From Octopus vulgaris (Eukaryota): a DNA stretch of 64,000 bases. Of this stretch, positions 12,435-26,163 are shown piece by piece. The stretch is from positions 13,082,001 to 13,146,000 of the forward strand of contig OX597840.1 in the NCBI GenBank assembly GCA_951406725.2, read 5' to 3'. The translations under genes were made by a program, and so were the position numbers. The notes below the pieces were generated by a model that searched no databases, had not been told where the DNA came from, and saw only the letters and a program-made list of their open reading frames with translations. Numbering within the stretch: the stretch's first letter is position 1; the number at the start of each line of letters is the position of its first letter.

Positions 12435-12792
12435 CTTAAAGTTGATGGAAGTTGTGGAAAAGGGAGACACAGGAAGACATGGAATGAAGTACTGAAGGCT
12501 GATCTCAAGATGCTAAGCCTTACGAAAGAGATGACTAAGGACCAAGATATCTGGTGCCTTGCTGTACTCAAGACCAGTCTGCCACAGCAGAATTGATACC
12601 AGTGATGGTGCCAAATAAAAAAGTACCCAGTATGCTCTGTGGAGTGGAGTGGTTGGTATTAGAAAGGGCATCCAGCCATTGAAACCATGCTGAAACAGAG
12701 AATTGATCATGATGTGGCCCCTGGCCTTACCAGCTCTGGTCAAACCATCCAACCCATGCCAGCAGGAAAAACGGACGTTAAATGATGATGAT
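12435..12792 (+). mobile_element. RTE-clade LINE 3' end (source of repeat family D)
   Basis: VDGSCGKGRHRKTWNEVLKADLKMLSLTKEMTKDQDIW is a typical RTE C-terminus; the 3' UTR carries GGGCATCCAGC and ends GACGTTAAA(TGA)n. Confidence 0.78.
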
Positions 12793-14243
12793 GGGCTTAC
12801 ACACTGTTTCCTTCTACCAAACCCATTCACCAGGCATTACTCAGCCTGGGGCTACAGTAGAAGACACTTGCCTAAGGTGCCATGCAGTGGGATTGAGCCT
12901 GAAACCATGTGGTTGCAAAGTGAGCTTAAACAGCTTATTATTATTATTATTATTGTTATTATTGTTATTACCTAACATTTTTGGAAGAGACAAAAGACAG
13001 CCATATCATCATGTCTGTATCTGGGGACTGAAATCAATTAACAAGTATGTTTAAAACATATAACCCCTACCAAGTCTAATACTTCCACCCCATTATAGCT
13101 ACCCATGTGGACATCAAGTAATTCAAATACTTCATAGCTTTGCCTCTTCATCCAGTAGGGTTTATGAAATAAACCATTAAAGAGCTGCCAGCCCCTCTTG
13201 AGACCATTATATCGATGTCAATACCATTAACGATTTTGAAATTTTTACTAAATTAATTATCAAAATGTTTGAAATATGTTGTTAACAATTTTAGTATATT
13301 TTGTTTTTATTTTACTTTTAGTTTAAAAACCCATAATAAAAAGGAACTTAGTAGAGTCAGTAGAGCATCAAATAGCATGACTTGTGTTATATATTCTGAC
13401 TCCCTGTTGTCTGAGTTCAATTTCTGTCTAAATTCTCATAATCCCTCCTCTTTTTGCAGTTGATAAATAAAAAAAAAAATGACTATAGCAGGAGTGGCTG
13501 TGTGGTAAGAAGCTTACTTCCCAACCACATGGTTCCGGGTTCATCCCCACTGCGTGACACCTTGGGCAAGTGTTTTCTACTATAGCCTCAGGCCGACCAA
13601 AGCCTTGTGAGTGGATTTGGTAGACAGAAACTGAAAGAAGCCTGTCGTATATATGTATATATATGTGTATGTGTGTATTTGTGTCTGTTTGTTCTCCGCC
13701 ACCATCACTTGACAACTGATGTTAGTGTGTTTACACCCCCGTAACTTAGCGGTTCAGCAAAAGAGACCGATAGAATAAGTACTAGGCTTACAAAGAATAA
13801 TTCCTGTGGTTGATTTGTTCGACTAAAGGTGGTGCTCCAGCATGGCCACAGTCAAATGACTGAAACAAGTAAAAGAGTAATTGAGGGTATGGAACTAATG
13901 GGATCATTTATTTTAGCTCTTTGTATTCTGAGTTCAGTTCCTACCAAGGTCCTCTTAGTGTTTTGTCCTTCATCAGTTGATAAAGGGCACAGAAAGTGTG
14001 CCTAAAGCCAGCTGGAGATGATGATCTCCTGGTGCTAAAAGCTACAGTAACACCCACCCTTAGTGGTTAGCCATATTGAGATGGCTGAGTATACCTCACA
14101 TTGTCGTGCAGTTACTGTTTATACCTCATTCAGAGATTTATTATTGCTTGAATACAGTTTTTCGAGATCAGTGACGAAAAGTTACTAGAAAAACGATATA
14201 AGTATTTGCATTGGGACTCCCTTCATCGAAAACCAGTGATTGT

Positions 14244-14288
14244 CGTACACCGACGACAGGTCAATACCTAGAAACTGCAGTCCATGCG
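14244..14288 (+). ncRNA. Degenerate minimal type-I hammerhead-like motif
   Basis: CGTACA CCGACGA CAGG-TCAATA-CCTA GAAA CTGCAG TC CATGCG; palindromic ACTGCAGT stem III, GUC triplet, stem I partly decayed. Confidence 0.5.
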
Positions 14289-14747
14289 TATCACTTAGGT
14301 TGACGAGGGAAGGATGCAATAGGGATGACCTCCCTATTTCATGTTGTGCATTTTTGCCACAGATGGAGATAACAGAAAGGGATCATTGCAAGATATCTTG
14401 TTGTAATTAATCTGGCACATAGCATTCTGAATTCAATTCCTGCCAGAGTCATCTTGGCTCCATATTCTTCTGCTGTCAGTAAATAAATAATTTCAGATTT
14501 AGGTTGATGAACTGGTAAGATACCTTGTGGTCAGATAGTTTATCAAAGCAGATTTCCTGCGGCTGGATGCTCTTCCTTTCACTGACCCTCACCTGTTTCT
14601 AAACAAGCTAATATATTCTCATGGCGTGACATGTTTCATAGAAGACTGGACTTGAACGACATTGCTTGTTTGATAGTGAAATTTGTTTTTTTTATATAAT
14701 CATATGATGTTAAGACAAAGACACACAAAGAAATGTACATTCTGTCC

Positions 14748-15162
14748 CTTATTTCATTATTGCCCACAAGGGGATAAACATAGAGGGGTCAAACAAGGAC
14801 AGACAAAGAGATTAAGTCGATTACATCAACCCCAGTGCATAACTGATACTTAATTTATCGACCCCGAAAGGATGAAAGGCAAAGTCGACCTCAACGGAAT
14901 TTGAACTCAAAACGTAACGGCAGACTAAATACCTATTCCTTTACTACCCACAAGGGGCTAAACACAGAGGGGACAAACAAGGACAGACACACGGATTAAG
15001 TCGATTACATTGACCCCAGTGCATAACTGGTACTTAATTTATCGACCCCGTAAGGATGGCAGGCAAAGTCAACCTCAGCGAAATTTGAACTCAAAACATA
15101 ACAGCAGACAAAATACCGCTAAGCATTTCGCCCAGCGTGCTAATGTTTCTGCCAGCTCGCCA
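14748..15162 (-). mobile_element. Dimeric SINE B with Tx1-like tails
   Basis: Full unit 15162-14933 joined at AATA|GGTATTT to a head-truncated second unit. Confidence 0.8.
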
Positions 15163-15394
15163 CTGTATGTGTATGTGAGCAAGAGACATTCTGTCTCTTG
15201 TTCACATACTCTCCCTTAGTTTCTCTCTTGTCAACTTTACCCTGGAGAAGGACTCTGTCTGAAATGTTGGATTTTTTTCCACTCCCTACAGTAAGTTCAC
15301 TGTGATAATAAGTTATATAGACTTGCCAGTGTCGAATATTATCAGTCTCATTGGCTTTTTTTTTTTTTTACTCATATATTTATATATATGATGT

Positions 15395-15640
15395 GGAGGC
15401 GCATCGCTTAGTAGTTAGGGTGTCAGCATCATGATTGTAAGATTGTGGTTTCGATTCCTGGACCGGGCGACGCGTTGTGTTCTTGAACAAAACACTTCAT
15501 TTTACGTTGCTCCAGTCCACTCAGCTGGCAAAAATGAGTAACGCTGCGATGGACTGGCATCCCGTCCAGCTGGGGGGAACACATGCGCCATTGAAACCGG
15601 ACCCCATGAGCCTGGCTAGGCTTTAAAAGGGTGCATTTAT
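15395..15640 (+). mobile_element. tRNA-derived SINE family F with V-domain-like block
   Basis: tRNA head, then CTGCGATGGACTGGCATCCCGTCCAG; related - copies at 27833-28138 and 54813-55110. Confidence 0.8.
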
Positions 15641-15663
15641 TTATTTATTTATTTATTATTGTG

Positions 15664-15694
<31 letters not shown>

Positions 15695-16721
15695 CTGTGT
15701 ATATGTATGTGATGGGTTTCTTTCAATTTTCATCTGTCAGATCTGCTTGCAAGATATTCGTTGACCCACAGCTAATGTAGAAGACACCTTTGCAAGGTGT
15801 CACACAGTGAGACTAAACCCAAAGCAATACGGTTGGCAAGCAGACTTCTTAACCACACAGACACACCTGCATCTACCTCTACTCACACATGTGCACACAA
15901 CCAGCTTAACTGAAAAATGCTTTATCTTTCCACTGTTCATGATGGCACAAACCCATTTCTTTGTCGTTCAGTTGATCGTAATGATTAATTCATTGCAGCT
16001 GGTGACATTTTAAAGAAGAAAAATTAAACAGGAACAAATGAATGAGCCAGGTTTCTAATTATCATCATTCCATATTTTATTCATGCTGGATGGCCATACA
16101 AAGAAATATTTCCAGTCTGGCCCTCTTCCAAAAGAGTTTGCCAACCCTTGTACCAGACCAATGAAACTGAAATTCCACCTGTTCCTTAACTAACACACAC
16201 ACACACATACACACACACACACAAACATATGTATATAACTGTGTGTGCTAAGAAGCTTGCTTCCCAACCACATGGTTCTGGGTTCAGTCCCACTCCATGA
16301 CACCTTGTGCAAATGTCCTCTACTTTAGCCTTGGGCTGACCAAAGCCTTGTAAGTCAATTCAGTAGATAGAAACAGAATGAAGCCCATCATCATCATCAT
16401 CATGCAGTGTTTTAAATCCAGGTTTTGTCTCTGTTAATGAGGGTGGCCAGATCTACCTCAATGCCATAGCAACTGAGGTAGGCAGGTGCAGCTCATCCCA
16501 ACCTTTGGGCTGGCTGGTGCTTATTCTCCTTTGCTATCATGAGGCTTTTTTGGAGCTGGATTTTCTATGGGGAGCATGCCCTTCTTACTCCCAACCTCAG
16601 TTTCTAGACGTGGGTGGGCCTGAGACCAAGGCCTCTACCACATTTCCTGGGGTCAATTTATTTGACTAAAGGCAGTGCTCCAGCATGGCCGCAATCAAAT
16701 GAATGAAATAAATGAAAGAGA

Positions 16722-16755
<34 letters not shown>

Positions 16756-18010
16756 ATATATATATATATATATATATATACATACATATATCTTCTATCT
16801 TTTACTTATTTGCGCCATAGGACTACTGTGACCATGCTGGGCCACTGCCTTGATGGGTTTTGTCAAATAATCATCTGCAGTTCTTAATTTTTTTAATTTG
16901 GTATTTATTTCTATGATGTTTACATCTAAATTCTTATGACATGAAAAAATGTGTGTGTGGGTATTTGTGTCTCCTTACCACCCTTCACTGTTGTAAATCA
17001 ATGTCCTTCATTTTTAATACGCTGTGGAAACATGTCTGGCCATGGGGTGGTGGTGGGTTGGTGGGGGTTGGGGAATACATCACCTTGTTAGACAGGTGAG
17101 GGTTGGCAACAGGAAAGGTGCCCAGCTGAAGACAAAAAAAAACTGCCTCACCAAATTCTGTCTGAATCATGCAAGCATAGTAAAGTCAGACATTAAAATG
17201 ATTGTAATGGCGATGACGATGATGATAGAAAATTTCAGACGTGTACGTTCCTCATATCTAGTAATTTACACCTGGCTTTTTTTTTCTGCTTTTATCAAGT
17301 TTTATTTATTGTTCTTTATTTTTTTTGTTACGTGTTCCTTTGTAATCTCTCTCTCTCTCTCTTTCTGACATTTCACAATGGCAAACCTACAACCAGTCCT
17401 AATGTCTACTTTCTGCAGATATTGTCTCTGATTGCAGTTGTTAATTCCATGTCTTCTCTCATAAATTCTCAAACACATACCTTGCATTGCATTAAATCAC
17501 TCAAACTAATCTCTAATACACTGCAGTTAATGTCTTCAGTTTGGAGGATAATGATAATCCCTTTTTTTTTTATTATCTTGATTCAGGCATTAGACTGTGG
17601 CCATGCTGGGGCACCACCTGGTGGAATTTTAGTTGAATGAGTTGACCCCGATCCAGTACTGGTTTATTTATTATTTTTTTTTTTTTAGTCTGGTACTTAT
17701 TCTGTTGGTCTCCCTTTGCTGAACTGCTAGGTTGCGGGGGACATAAACTTTCCAACACTGGTTATTGAGCAGTGGTAGGCACACACACACACACAAAGAC
17801 ACACAGACACAAACACACAGACAGACACACACAGAAGTGCACACACACTTGTATGATGGGCTCTTATCAGTTTCAGTCAACCAAATCCACTCAAGGCTTT
17901 GATCAACTTGAAGGTATTAGTAGAAAACACTTGCCCAAGGTGCCATGCAGCAGGACTGAACCAGGAATCATGTGGTTGAGAAGCAAACTTCTTATCACAC
18001 AGTCATGCCT

Positions 18011-18045
<35 letters not shown>

Positions 18046-18224
18046 AAATTATAATCTAGGGTATCTAAGAGATACTACGACGCTGGAAATAGCAGTCAAA
18101 ACTTGACTCTAAAACCACATTAAATGTTCATACTGCACCAGGAGAAAAGACAGAGACAAAATAAACTAGCAAAAAAATTACTGGAAAATGTAAAAAGATA
18201 ATATATATATTTTATTTTTTTACA

Positions 18225-18858
18225 TTTTTCAGTCATTTGACTGTGGCCGTGCTGTACCACCGCTTTAAAGGGTTTTAGTCGAAGAAATCGACCCCAGGAC
18301 TTATTCTTTGCAAGCCTAGTACTTCGCAGTTCAACAAAAGAGACTGATGGAATAAGTTATGGGGAGGTAAACACACCAACATCAGTTGTCAAGTGATGGT
18401 GGGGGACAAACACAGACACAAAGACACATAAATATATACATACATATGGAATGGTTCTGGTTCTGGGTTCAGTCCCACTGCATGACAGCTTTGTAAGTGG
18501 ATTTGGTAGACGGAAACTGAAAGAAGCTCATTGTATATGTGTATATATATGTATGTGTGTGTGTGTGTGTGTGTATCTGTATTTGTTCCTCCACCATCAC
18601 TTGATAACCGATGCTGGTTTGATTATGTCCCCATAACTTAGCGGTTCGGCAAAAGAGTCATTTGACTGGGGCCATGCTGGAGCACCATACTTAGTCGAGC
18701 AAATTGACCCCAGGACTTATTCTTTGTAAGCCTAGTACTTATTCTATCAGTCTCTTTTGCTGAACCGCTAAGGTACGGAGATGTAAACACACCAGCATCG
18801 GTTGTCAAGCTATGTTGGGGAAACAAACACAGACACACACAAACATATACACACACAT

Positions 18859-18901
<43 letters not shown>

Positions 18902-19036
18902 TATATGACGGGCTTCTTTCAGTTTCCGTCTACCAAATCCACTCACAAGGCTTTGGTCGGCCCGAGGCTATAGTAGAAGACACTTGGCCAAGGTGCCATG
19001 CAGTGGGACTACTTACCACACAGCCACTCCTACGCC

Positions 19037-19037
<1 letters not shown>
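18225..19037. mobile_element. Cluster of SINE A copies in alternating orientation
   Basis: Partial - (18225-18448), partial + (18450-18656), - (18657-19037). Confidence 0.85.
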
Positions 19038-19074
<37 letters not shown>

Positions 19075-19640
19075 GTTGTTGTTCTATCTTGTTAGAGCAG
19101 CTAATAGTCTTCAGAGTACAGTGAACTGGTGCCGTGCCAATATCATGTAGAGACTTTATGTAGGGTTTTTTCTGTTTTTTTTGTGTATTTGTTTTGTCTC
19201 CCCCCCTCTCCTTTTAGTCATTTATCCATTTCCTGATATTTTTCTAACATGTAATTTGAAGTGCCATAAAAATACCATTTCCTGCCGATGAGTCAACAGC
19301 GCCGTTTATTTTTTAACGATATTTACCATTATTGTTTCTGATGTTGTTGTTGATGTTTGTAAGCGACTGTAAAACATTTAAAATGACCACGGAAATCTGT
19401 GGTGATTAAAAGAATTGGTTTGATAAACAGATCAATAAAAACATTTATGTTGTTTAGCCCTGGGTCAGACCCTCTTTGAGTACACCTATGGCTGTGTGGT
19501 AAGAAGTTTGTTTCCCAATCACATGGTTCCAGGTTCAGTTCCACTGTGTAGCACCTTCTGCGAGTACCTTTTTCTGTAGTCCCTTGGGTTGACCAAAGCT
19601 TTGTGAGTGAATTTGATGAACAAAAACTGAAATAAGTCCC

Positions 19641-19678
<38 letters not shown>

Positions 19679-19972
19679 ATCCCATCATCTCTTGACAACC
19701 GATATTGGTGTGTTTACATCCCTCTAAGCAGTTTAGCCAAAGGGACTGATACCATAAGTAACAGTTTTAAAGAAATGCCCTGAGGTTGATTCAGTCAACT
19801 AACGGATTCTTCTAGACAGTGCCCCAGCATGGCCACAGTCCTGGGGTCAATTTGCTCGGCTAAAGGCAGTGCTCCACCATGACCACAGTCAAATGACTGA
19901 AACAAGTAAAAGAAAAAGAGATTCAATAAGATGTTTAATTTTCTCAATTTTCCTGTTAATATTTTTAATATC

Positions 19973-20133
19973 CGCAGGAGTGGCTGTGTGGTAAGTAGCT
20001 TGCTAACCAACCACATGGTTCCGGGTTCAGTCCCACTGCGTGGCACCTTGGGCAAGTGTCTTTTGCTATGGCCCCGGGCCGACCAATGCCTTGTGAGTGG
20101 ATTTGGTAGACGGAAACTGAAAGAAGCTTGTTG

Positions 20134-20168
<35 letters not shown>

Positions 20169-20377
20169 TTGTGTGTCTGTGTTAGTCCCCCTAGCATTGC
20201 TTGACAACCGATGCTGGTGTGTTTCCATCCCCGTCACTTAGCGGTAGGCAAAAGAGACTGATAGAATAAGTACTGGGCTTACAAAGAATAAGTCCCGGGG
20301 TCGATTTGCTCAACTAAAGGCGGTGCTCCAGCATGGCCACAGTCAAATGACTGAAACAAGTAAAAGAGTAAAGAGAG
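19973..20377 (+). mobile_element. SINE family A
   Basis: Near-full-length copy. Confidence 0.9.
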
Positions 20378-20892
20378 TTCCTTTATTTTTTTTGTTCATT
20401 TTTTATTTTGTTTTATTGAGAGTTAAACAATTTTTTAGGTAGGGGAGATAACCAAAAGTACCGATATTATTCATAAAATGGCAAGGAAATAACCCAATTT
20501 TTTAATGGGGGTAACCAAAGAGTACCTGCATTTCATCATTTGAGGGTTAATGAAACAAGTACCAGTTGAACCCTGAGGTTGATATAATCAACTAGCCCCC
20601 TCCCCCCAAATTTCTGGCATTGCACTTATAACAAGAAGGGTTTTTTCCAGACACTATATATCTAGGACTACATATTACCCTACTTATCCTTTCTCCCGTT
20701 TTTTTTTTTTAAGTTGGCAGGATGATGTGAGGGAAATTTAGCTGGTATTTCTTGCAGGCTGATGGGAGAGCCTCTGTAGAGGCTTTTCCATTTGCTTGCA
20801 AAAACAGATGTGGGATGAAGATGGTTAAGTTGATAAGGTAGTTTTTTAATATCTCCTGCAGTAAATATATTGATTTCACATTTTGACACATA

Positions 20893-21300
20893 GGCGCAGG
20901 AGTGGCTGTGTGGTAAGTAGCTTGCTAACCAACCACATGGTTTCGGGTTCAGTCCCACTGCATGGCATTTTGGGCAAGTGTCTTCTGCTATAGCCCCGGG
21001 CCGACCAATGTCTTGTGAGTGGATTTGGTAGATGGAAACTGAAAGAAGCCTGTCGTATATATGTATATATATATGTGTGTTTGTATATGTTTGTGTGTCT
21101 GGGTTTGTCCCCCTAGCATTGCTTGACAACAATGCTGGTGTGTTTACGTCCCTGTCACTTAGCGGTTCGGCAAAAGAGACCGATAGAATAAGTACTGGCC
21201 TTACAAAGAATAAGTCCCGGGGTCGATTTGCTCGACTAAAGGCGGTGCTCCAGCATGGCCGCAGTCAAATGACTGAAACAAGTAAAACAGTAAAAGAGTA
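20893..21300 (+). mobile_element. SINE family A
   Basis: Full-length copy, GGCGCAGGAGTGG...AAAAGAGTA. Confidence 0.9.
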
Positions 21301-21481
21301 AGGCCAGCATTTTGGTGGCGGAGGCTAAGTTGATTATACATCAACCACAGTACATGACTGGTACTTATTTTATGAAAGGCAAAGTAGACCCTGGTGAACC
21401 CAGAATATAATGCTAGAAGACTTGCCACTAAGCATATTGTCTGATGCAGTAACAATTCTACCTGCTCACTGCCTTATTCTG

Positions 21482-22885
21482 CAGTAAATATATTAGATAA
21501 CCTTACCTACCTATTCGTCTATTTATTTATCTCCCCACATAATTATTTCTAGTTAACATCTTAAATGTTTTCCATGGTAAATATATTAACACTACTAACT
21601 TACCTATGTACTTTTCTCTCTCTCTCACCACATAATTATTCTTAGTGAGAATTTCAATGTTCTCTGCATTAAATGTATTAACACTTCTACCTTACTTTAC
21701 CTGTTTGTCTATTTATCTAACTTCCTGTCTGTCTTATTTCATAATTCTTCCTAGTTAGTCACTTAATATTTTTTTGCAGTTAATATAGTTATACTACTAA
21801 ATAACCATACTTACCTATTTGCCTGTCTCCCTATCTATTTCACCACATAATTATTTTCTAGTTAGCTTTTTTTTTTTACTATTCTCTTTATTAAATTTGT
21901 TGACACAACTGCCTTATCTTACCTGTCTGTCTATCAAACTTCCTGTCTGTTTGTCTCACACCATAATTCCTTCTAGCTAGCTTAATGTTTTCTACTGTAA
22001 ATGTATTAAGACTACTATCAAATCATTCCCATTTATTTGTCTGTCTGTCTCGCCACATAATTATTCCTGACGAGATTTTTTAATGTCCTCTACATTAAAT
22101 ATATTAACACTGCTACTTTACCTTGATTGTCTTTCTCTCTCGCTTCCTGTTTGTTTGTCTCACTGCATAATTCTTTCTAGTTAGCTTTTTAACATTTAAC
22201 TCTGTAAATATATTAATATTGCTAATTAACCATCCTTATCTATTTGTTGATCTATTTATCTCACCACAAAATTATTTTTAGTTAGTTTTTTAATGCTCTC
22301 TACATTACATGTGTTAATGCAACTAACTTACCTATTTACCTATCTCTCTACCTATTCACCTATCCATCTTGCTATTTAACTGTTTGTCTGTCTGTCTGTC
22401 TATCTTTCTAGCTGTCTGTCTATATGTTTATCTGTCTGTCTCTCAGTCTGTCTCTGTCTATCTATCTGCCTGTTTGTCTATCTAATTTTCTATCTATCTA
22501 TTTGCCTGTCTGTCTATCTATCTATCTATCTGTCTGTCTCTCTGTCTGTCTACCTGCCTACCCAGAACCACCCACCCACTAACCCATTCATCCATCCATC
22601 TATCATCAGTGTGTTTTCCTGTCTATCTGTATATCTATCTATTGTCAGTCTGTTTGTGCCTCCCTATCTATCTATTTCACTTTCCATCCATCCTTCACAT
22701 AACAGAATTCTCTCTAGTTATTTCATTTTCCCACACGTTTCCCACATTACATATATTAACACTACCTACCTACCTACCTACCTACCTACCTACCTACCTA
22801 TCTATCTATCTATCTATTTGTCTATTTCAACACATAATTATTTCTAGTTAGTATTTCTAATACCCTCCACATTAAATCCATTAAC
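21482..22885. repeat. Degenerate ~95-110 bp minisatellite with embedded (TCTA/TCTG/CCTA)n
   Basis: Recurring TAAATATATTAACACTAC...CACCACATAATTATT..TAGTTAG, about 11 units. Confidence 0.75.
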
Positions 22886-23059
22886 ATGACTAACGTAACA
22901 TTTATTGCTGATTGAATCACTAAGTAAACGTAATAAAAAAGTACAAAAGTTTGCAAGGTGCAATAAAACATTTTGCCTCACGCCATAATGATTGATTCCG
23001 CTATGCGGAATTTTTGGTATGCGATATTCACCGATATAAACTACCTTAACTGGTGTTTT

Positions 23060-24023
23060 AACTTTTGCTTGTTTCATTCTTTAGACCGAGGCCATGCTGG
23101 AGCATCACATTATTCTTTTTATTCTTTTACTTGTTTCACTCGTTTGACTGTGGCCATGCTGGAGCACCGCCTTTAGTCGAATAAATTGACCCCCAGGACT
23201 TATTCTTTGTAAGCTTTGTACTTATTCTGTCGGTCTCTTTTACCAAACTGCTAAGTTACGAGGATGTAAACACACCACCGTCGGTTGTCAAGCGATGTTG
23301 GGGGACAAACACATACATGCATACATACATACATATATTTATATATATATATATATACACATATACACATATAATGTATGTATTGATGTGTGTGTGACTG
23401 TGTTTGCCCCCCCACACACACACACACATCTTTTATATTTTTCTTGTTTTAGTCATTAGACTGTGGCCATGCTGGGGCACTGACTTGAAGAATTTTTAGT
23501 TGAATGAATTGACCCCTGTGCTTATTTTTTTTTAAACCTGGCGCTTATTGTATCAGTCTCTTTTGCCAAACCATTAAGTTACAGGGATGTAAACACACCA
23601 GCACTGGTTGTCAAGCGGTGATGAGGGATAAACAGGTTCTTCCATTTTCCATCTACCAAATCTACTCACAAAGCTTTGGTTGGCCTCAGGCTATAGTAGA
23701 CACTTGCCCAAGGTGCCACGCAGTGAGACTGAACTCAGAACCATGTGGTTAGGAAGCAAGCTACTACTACTACTACTATATATATATATATGTTCTTTTG
23801 TTTGTTTCGGTCATTTGACTGTGGTCATGCTGGAGCATTGCCTTTAGTTAAACAAATCAGCTCCAGGAGTTATTCTTTGTAAGCCTAGTACATATTCCAT
23901 CGATGTCTTTTGCTGAACTGCTAAGTTATGGGGACATAAACACGCCAACATCAGTTGTCAAGCAATGATAGGGGGACAAACAAACACACAAATGTGTACA
24001 CACGCATACACACACGCACACAC

Positions 24024-24055
<32 letters not shown>

Positions 24056-24334
24056 TAAAAAAATACAAACTGGGACAAGAACGCATAACATTTAAAAGAC
24101 GATGCAAAAAACACGGACAGGACATTCGAAGCCTTCAATCTTCAGTCAAGAACCAGATCATCCTCGCAATTTTGGCTGATTAATCTTGAGATTGCTCCAA
24201 TCTGACCGGCCCCAAGGAAAAACTAAGCTAAGCGCATTAGATTCCTTGGAAAAAAGCTTCGAATGTATACAAAACAAGGACGGAAAAACGGACGATGTTA
24301 CATGAATATGAATACAAAAATAATACGTAAAAAC

Positions 24335-24369
<35 letters not shown>

Positions 24370-24990
24370 TAACAGGACATCACAATAGGCGTCTTTCGAC
24401 TGAGACATATTAAACTCAGCTGGCGTGTTAGGAATGTGCCTTAGGGCAGAGAAAAAATGTTGATGTTACCACAACCACTGCCAGACCCAAAAGGCAGTAG
24501 TCAGTCAGTCAGTCACATATGAAGAGAAGAGAGGGGAAAAGAGGGACAGAGGAATTAAGGAGGGGGAGAAGAGAGAGGAAAAGAGGGACAGAGGATTAAG
24601 GAGGGGGAGAAGAGAGAGAAAGCAAGAAAAAGAGACAGGGACAAAGTGAAAATCCACTCAAAAGGGTTTAGTCGACCCAAGGCTATAGTAGAAGACACTT
24701 GCCCAAGGTGCTATGCAGTGGGACTGAACCCAGAACTACTTACCACACAGCCACTCCTGTGCCTATATATTACTCTTTACTCTTTTACATGTTTCAGTCA
24801 TTTGACTGCGGCCATGCTGGAGCACCGCCTTTAATCGAGCAACTCGACCCTGGGACTTATTCTTTTGTAAGCCCAGTACTTATTCTATCGGTCTCTTTTG
24901 CCAAACCGCTAAGTCACGGGGATGTAAACACACCAGCATCGGTTGTCAAGCAATGCTAGGGGGACAAACACAGACACACAAACACATGCA

Positions 24991-25030
<40 letters not shown>

Positions 25031-26118
25031 TACGACGGGCTTCTTTCAGTTTCCGTCTACCAAATCCACTCACAAGGCTCTGGTCGGCCCGAGGCTATAG
25101 TAGAAGACACTAGCCCAAGGTGCCACGCAGTGGGACTGAACCCGGAACCATGTGGTTGGTAAACAAGCTACTTACCACACAGCCACTCCTGCGCCTGATA
25201 TATATATATTTATATATATATCAAATATTTATGTATTGTATTTATTGTTTCCATTTACAAATGGTTATAATTCATAAACATTATGTATAGAATTCCATAT
25301 GAAATATTATACATGTAATGAATACAGAAATTGTTATATTTCGGAAGATATTGTTTAAAATATGATTCTTTGGATAATGGAGTGAGTTGGCATTAAGTTT
25401 AAAAGTCTTGAAATTCTTCAAGCTCTACAATTGGCATTTACCTTAGTATGAAACCATAAAATCGAGTGCCAACACATAAGAATTCTATCACAATAGAATT
25501 CTTGTGTTCTTCCTTTCTTTCTATCTAAACTTGATGCCAGTCACATTTCCTGTTATTAAAAACCAACATTTTAGAGGTATAAAAAAAAAATTTAAATAAA
25601 AAAAAGTTAACAATAAAAATAAAGAAATCCTAAGAAACTACTAGAATTTTTCTATTTTGAAATACAATGGTATTTGATCTTTGGTTAGTTCTTAACATTT
25701 TCCCAAAAATCAAGTTGGATTTTTTTTAATGGAATGGTGCTCATATATCTAGGGCAGCATTTCTTTAATCTGTCTAAAGATATTGAAACAGACTAACACA
25801 GAATCTTAAGAGTTCTCATGGTTAAATAGCAAAGATGCAGCTGTTTACTGTTTTTTTGAATCATCACCATTTTTTGTCTTTTTTTATTTACTCTTTTTAC
25901 TCTTTCGCTTGTTTCAGTCATTTGACTATGGCCATGCTGGAGCACCGCCTTTAGTCGAGCAAATCGTCCCCAGGACTTATTCTTTGTAAGCCTAGTACTT
26001 ATTCTATCGGTCTCTTTTGCTGAACTGCTAAGTTACAGGGACGTAAACACGCCAGCATTGGTTGTCAAGTGATGTTGGGGGGCCAAACACAGACACACAA
26101 ACATATATACACACACAC

Positions 26119-26163
<45 letters not shown>

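Noticed and set aside
19285-19310. CCGATGA core
   Set aside because: No stem II, GAAA or UH follows.
20680-21301. Recurrent peptide YDGLLSVSVYQIHSQG...EDTCPRCHAVGLNPEPCGW
   Set aside because: Antisense translation of SINE A, not a gene family.
21482-22340. Repeat-spacer-like periodicity (CRISPR?)
   Set aside because: Eukaryotic context; units are degenerate along their whole length; no unique spacers or cas genes.
24110-24150. CTGAAGA...CGAAT hammerhead-like core on the minus strand
   Set aside because: Lacks GAAA and stem I/III pairing; the host segment 24055-24640 looks repetitive but I cannot classify it.
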